NCBI RefSeq assembly: GCF_009834535.1
Contig: NC_045697.1
Location: 5,086,001-5,150,000 of the forward strand
Direction of reading: 5' to 3'
Length of the DNA: 64,000 nt
Origin: Camelus ferus
Lineage: Eukaryota
In this document: positions 62,610 through 64,000 of the stretch, in pieces
How the letters are laid out: each line of letters starts with the position of its first letter
Numbering within the stretch: position 1 is the stretch's first letter
Notes under the pieces: generated by a model
Databases searched by the model: none
The model's input: only the letters and a program-made list of their open reading frames with translations
Told to the model about the DNA's origin: nothing
Translations under genes and position numbers: made by a program

Positions 62610-63150
62610 CTCAGGAAACACTTATTAAGTGTCTCCAGCCTGTTCGAGACTGCATTAGAACCACAGAAACAAAGGACCAGGAAACAGCCCTTGTATTCAA
62701 GGAGCAGGTGACTTCTCAGCCAGGACAGACAAGTAAACCAACAATTCGGGTTCAAGGCGGTGCAGGCTCTGTTGGGTCAAGCACAGGTCGAGGATGGAGA
62801 CATGAGGGGCACACACCCAGCCTACGGAGCAGCAAAGGGTCCGGGCTTAAGTACCTTGAAAGCTGAGCCAAAGGAATGCACAGAATTTGGTTAGAGAAAG
62901 CGGGGGAAACACAGAGGTGGAAATTTCAGGAAGAGATGGCACAGGCACAAGCACAGAGGCAGGGAAGCGACCAGCAAGGCAGCAGTCAAGGACATAAATT
63001 AAAGCAGAGCTGATAGCCAAGGACGGGATGGAGAGAAAGTTCCAGAGCATGGGTCCCAGCGGGCCTCGTGGTCCAGATTCAGAACTTGGAATTTAGCATG
63101 TCCACGCTGGGCAGCCATCCAGAGTGGAGTGAAATATCAGCTCTGAGAAA
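62610..63150 (-). mobile_element. L2 fragment
   Basis: aaacacttattaagtgtctcc...cccttgtattcaaggagc...ttgaaagctgagccaaaggaatg...atttcaggaagagatggcacaggcacaagcacagagg. Confidence 0.6.
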
Positions 63151-63527
63151 TCCTTCTTGCTATCAACACTATGGATGTGATCTTCCAAAACCTTGAATCC
63201 CCCACAGAAGACTTTATTTGGAATTGTCCTACAACAACCTGAATGTGTCCTCAAACACCCATGAACCTTCTCTTCTAAATCTATTTCAATTTTGATTCAT
63301 TAGATAAGAGAGCAGAATTTAAGCACATGCTTAAAGATTTCATCAGAAAATGTGCTCTACAACATATTCATCAGAAAACGTACTCGACGAAATATTCAAA
63401 AGAATATTTGAACCTGGAAAATTTCATTTCTTACTCTTTACAGTGTGGAAGCCTCCCTCCAGCAGAGCCGTATTTGCATTTGGCTCCAGAATAAGGAATT
63501 CACAGGAGCCCCGGATGGAATCACTCA

Positions 63528-63744
<217 letters not shown>

Positions 63745-64000
63745 GGCAGCCCATCACTGCGATCCTACTCCTGGGTTCAAGCCCTGGTCCCGAAATCTTG
63801 GTAGCGGAGCAGCTCTGGCTAAGCCACAGCCTCCCCACGTCTGCAGAAAGGAGGAGCTGGACCAGGTTCGCCTGTTTATGGAGCATTCACACTAAGTGCT
63901 GTCCATGTCCTAAGTGCTGAAAAAGCAGCTGCGGAAACAGGAGACGAAGAGAAGCAGCCCTGCCCTCAAGGATCTCACAGCCTGGGAGGAAAACAGACAG

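Overview
Mammalian genomic DNA, probably camelid (Camelus/Vicugna), judging from six copies of a tRNA-derived SINE of the camelid Vic-1 type; the species call is an inference. The only protein-coding sequence I can support is one 152-nt internal exon of the Ser/Thr kinase gene STK32B (YANK2) on the minus strand at 63529-63680. It encodes [51 protein letters not shown], has canonical AG/GT splice sites and matches human exon 3 as I recall it. Positions 1-63528 are the following very large intron, and the next exon was not found in the window. The intron is packed with transposon fossils: L1 of several ages, L2, MIR, MaLR/ERVL/ERV1 solo LTRs, hAT and Tigger MITEs, and a near-full-length Charlie1-like hAT element with transposase remnants. 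Nearly all ORFs in the supplied track are spurious or repeat-derived. I found no evidence of a new biological system. The best leads are an unidentified polyadenylated insert (~28.4-28.7 kb), a 73-bp duplication carrying GC-box and CTCF-like motifs, a twin-primed inverted L1, two intronic CpG-rich patches and several nested insertions with readable target-site duplications. Repeat subfamily names come from my recollection of consensus sequences, and old-repeat boundaries are approximate.
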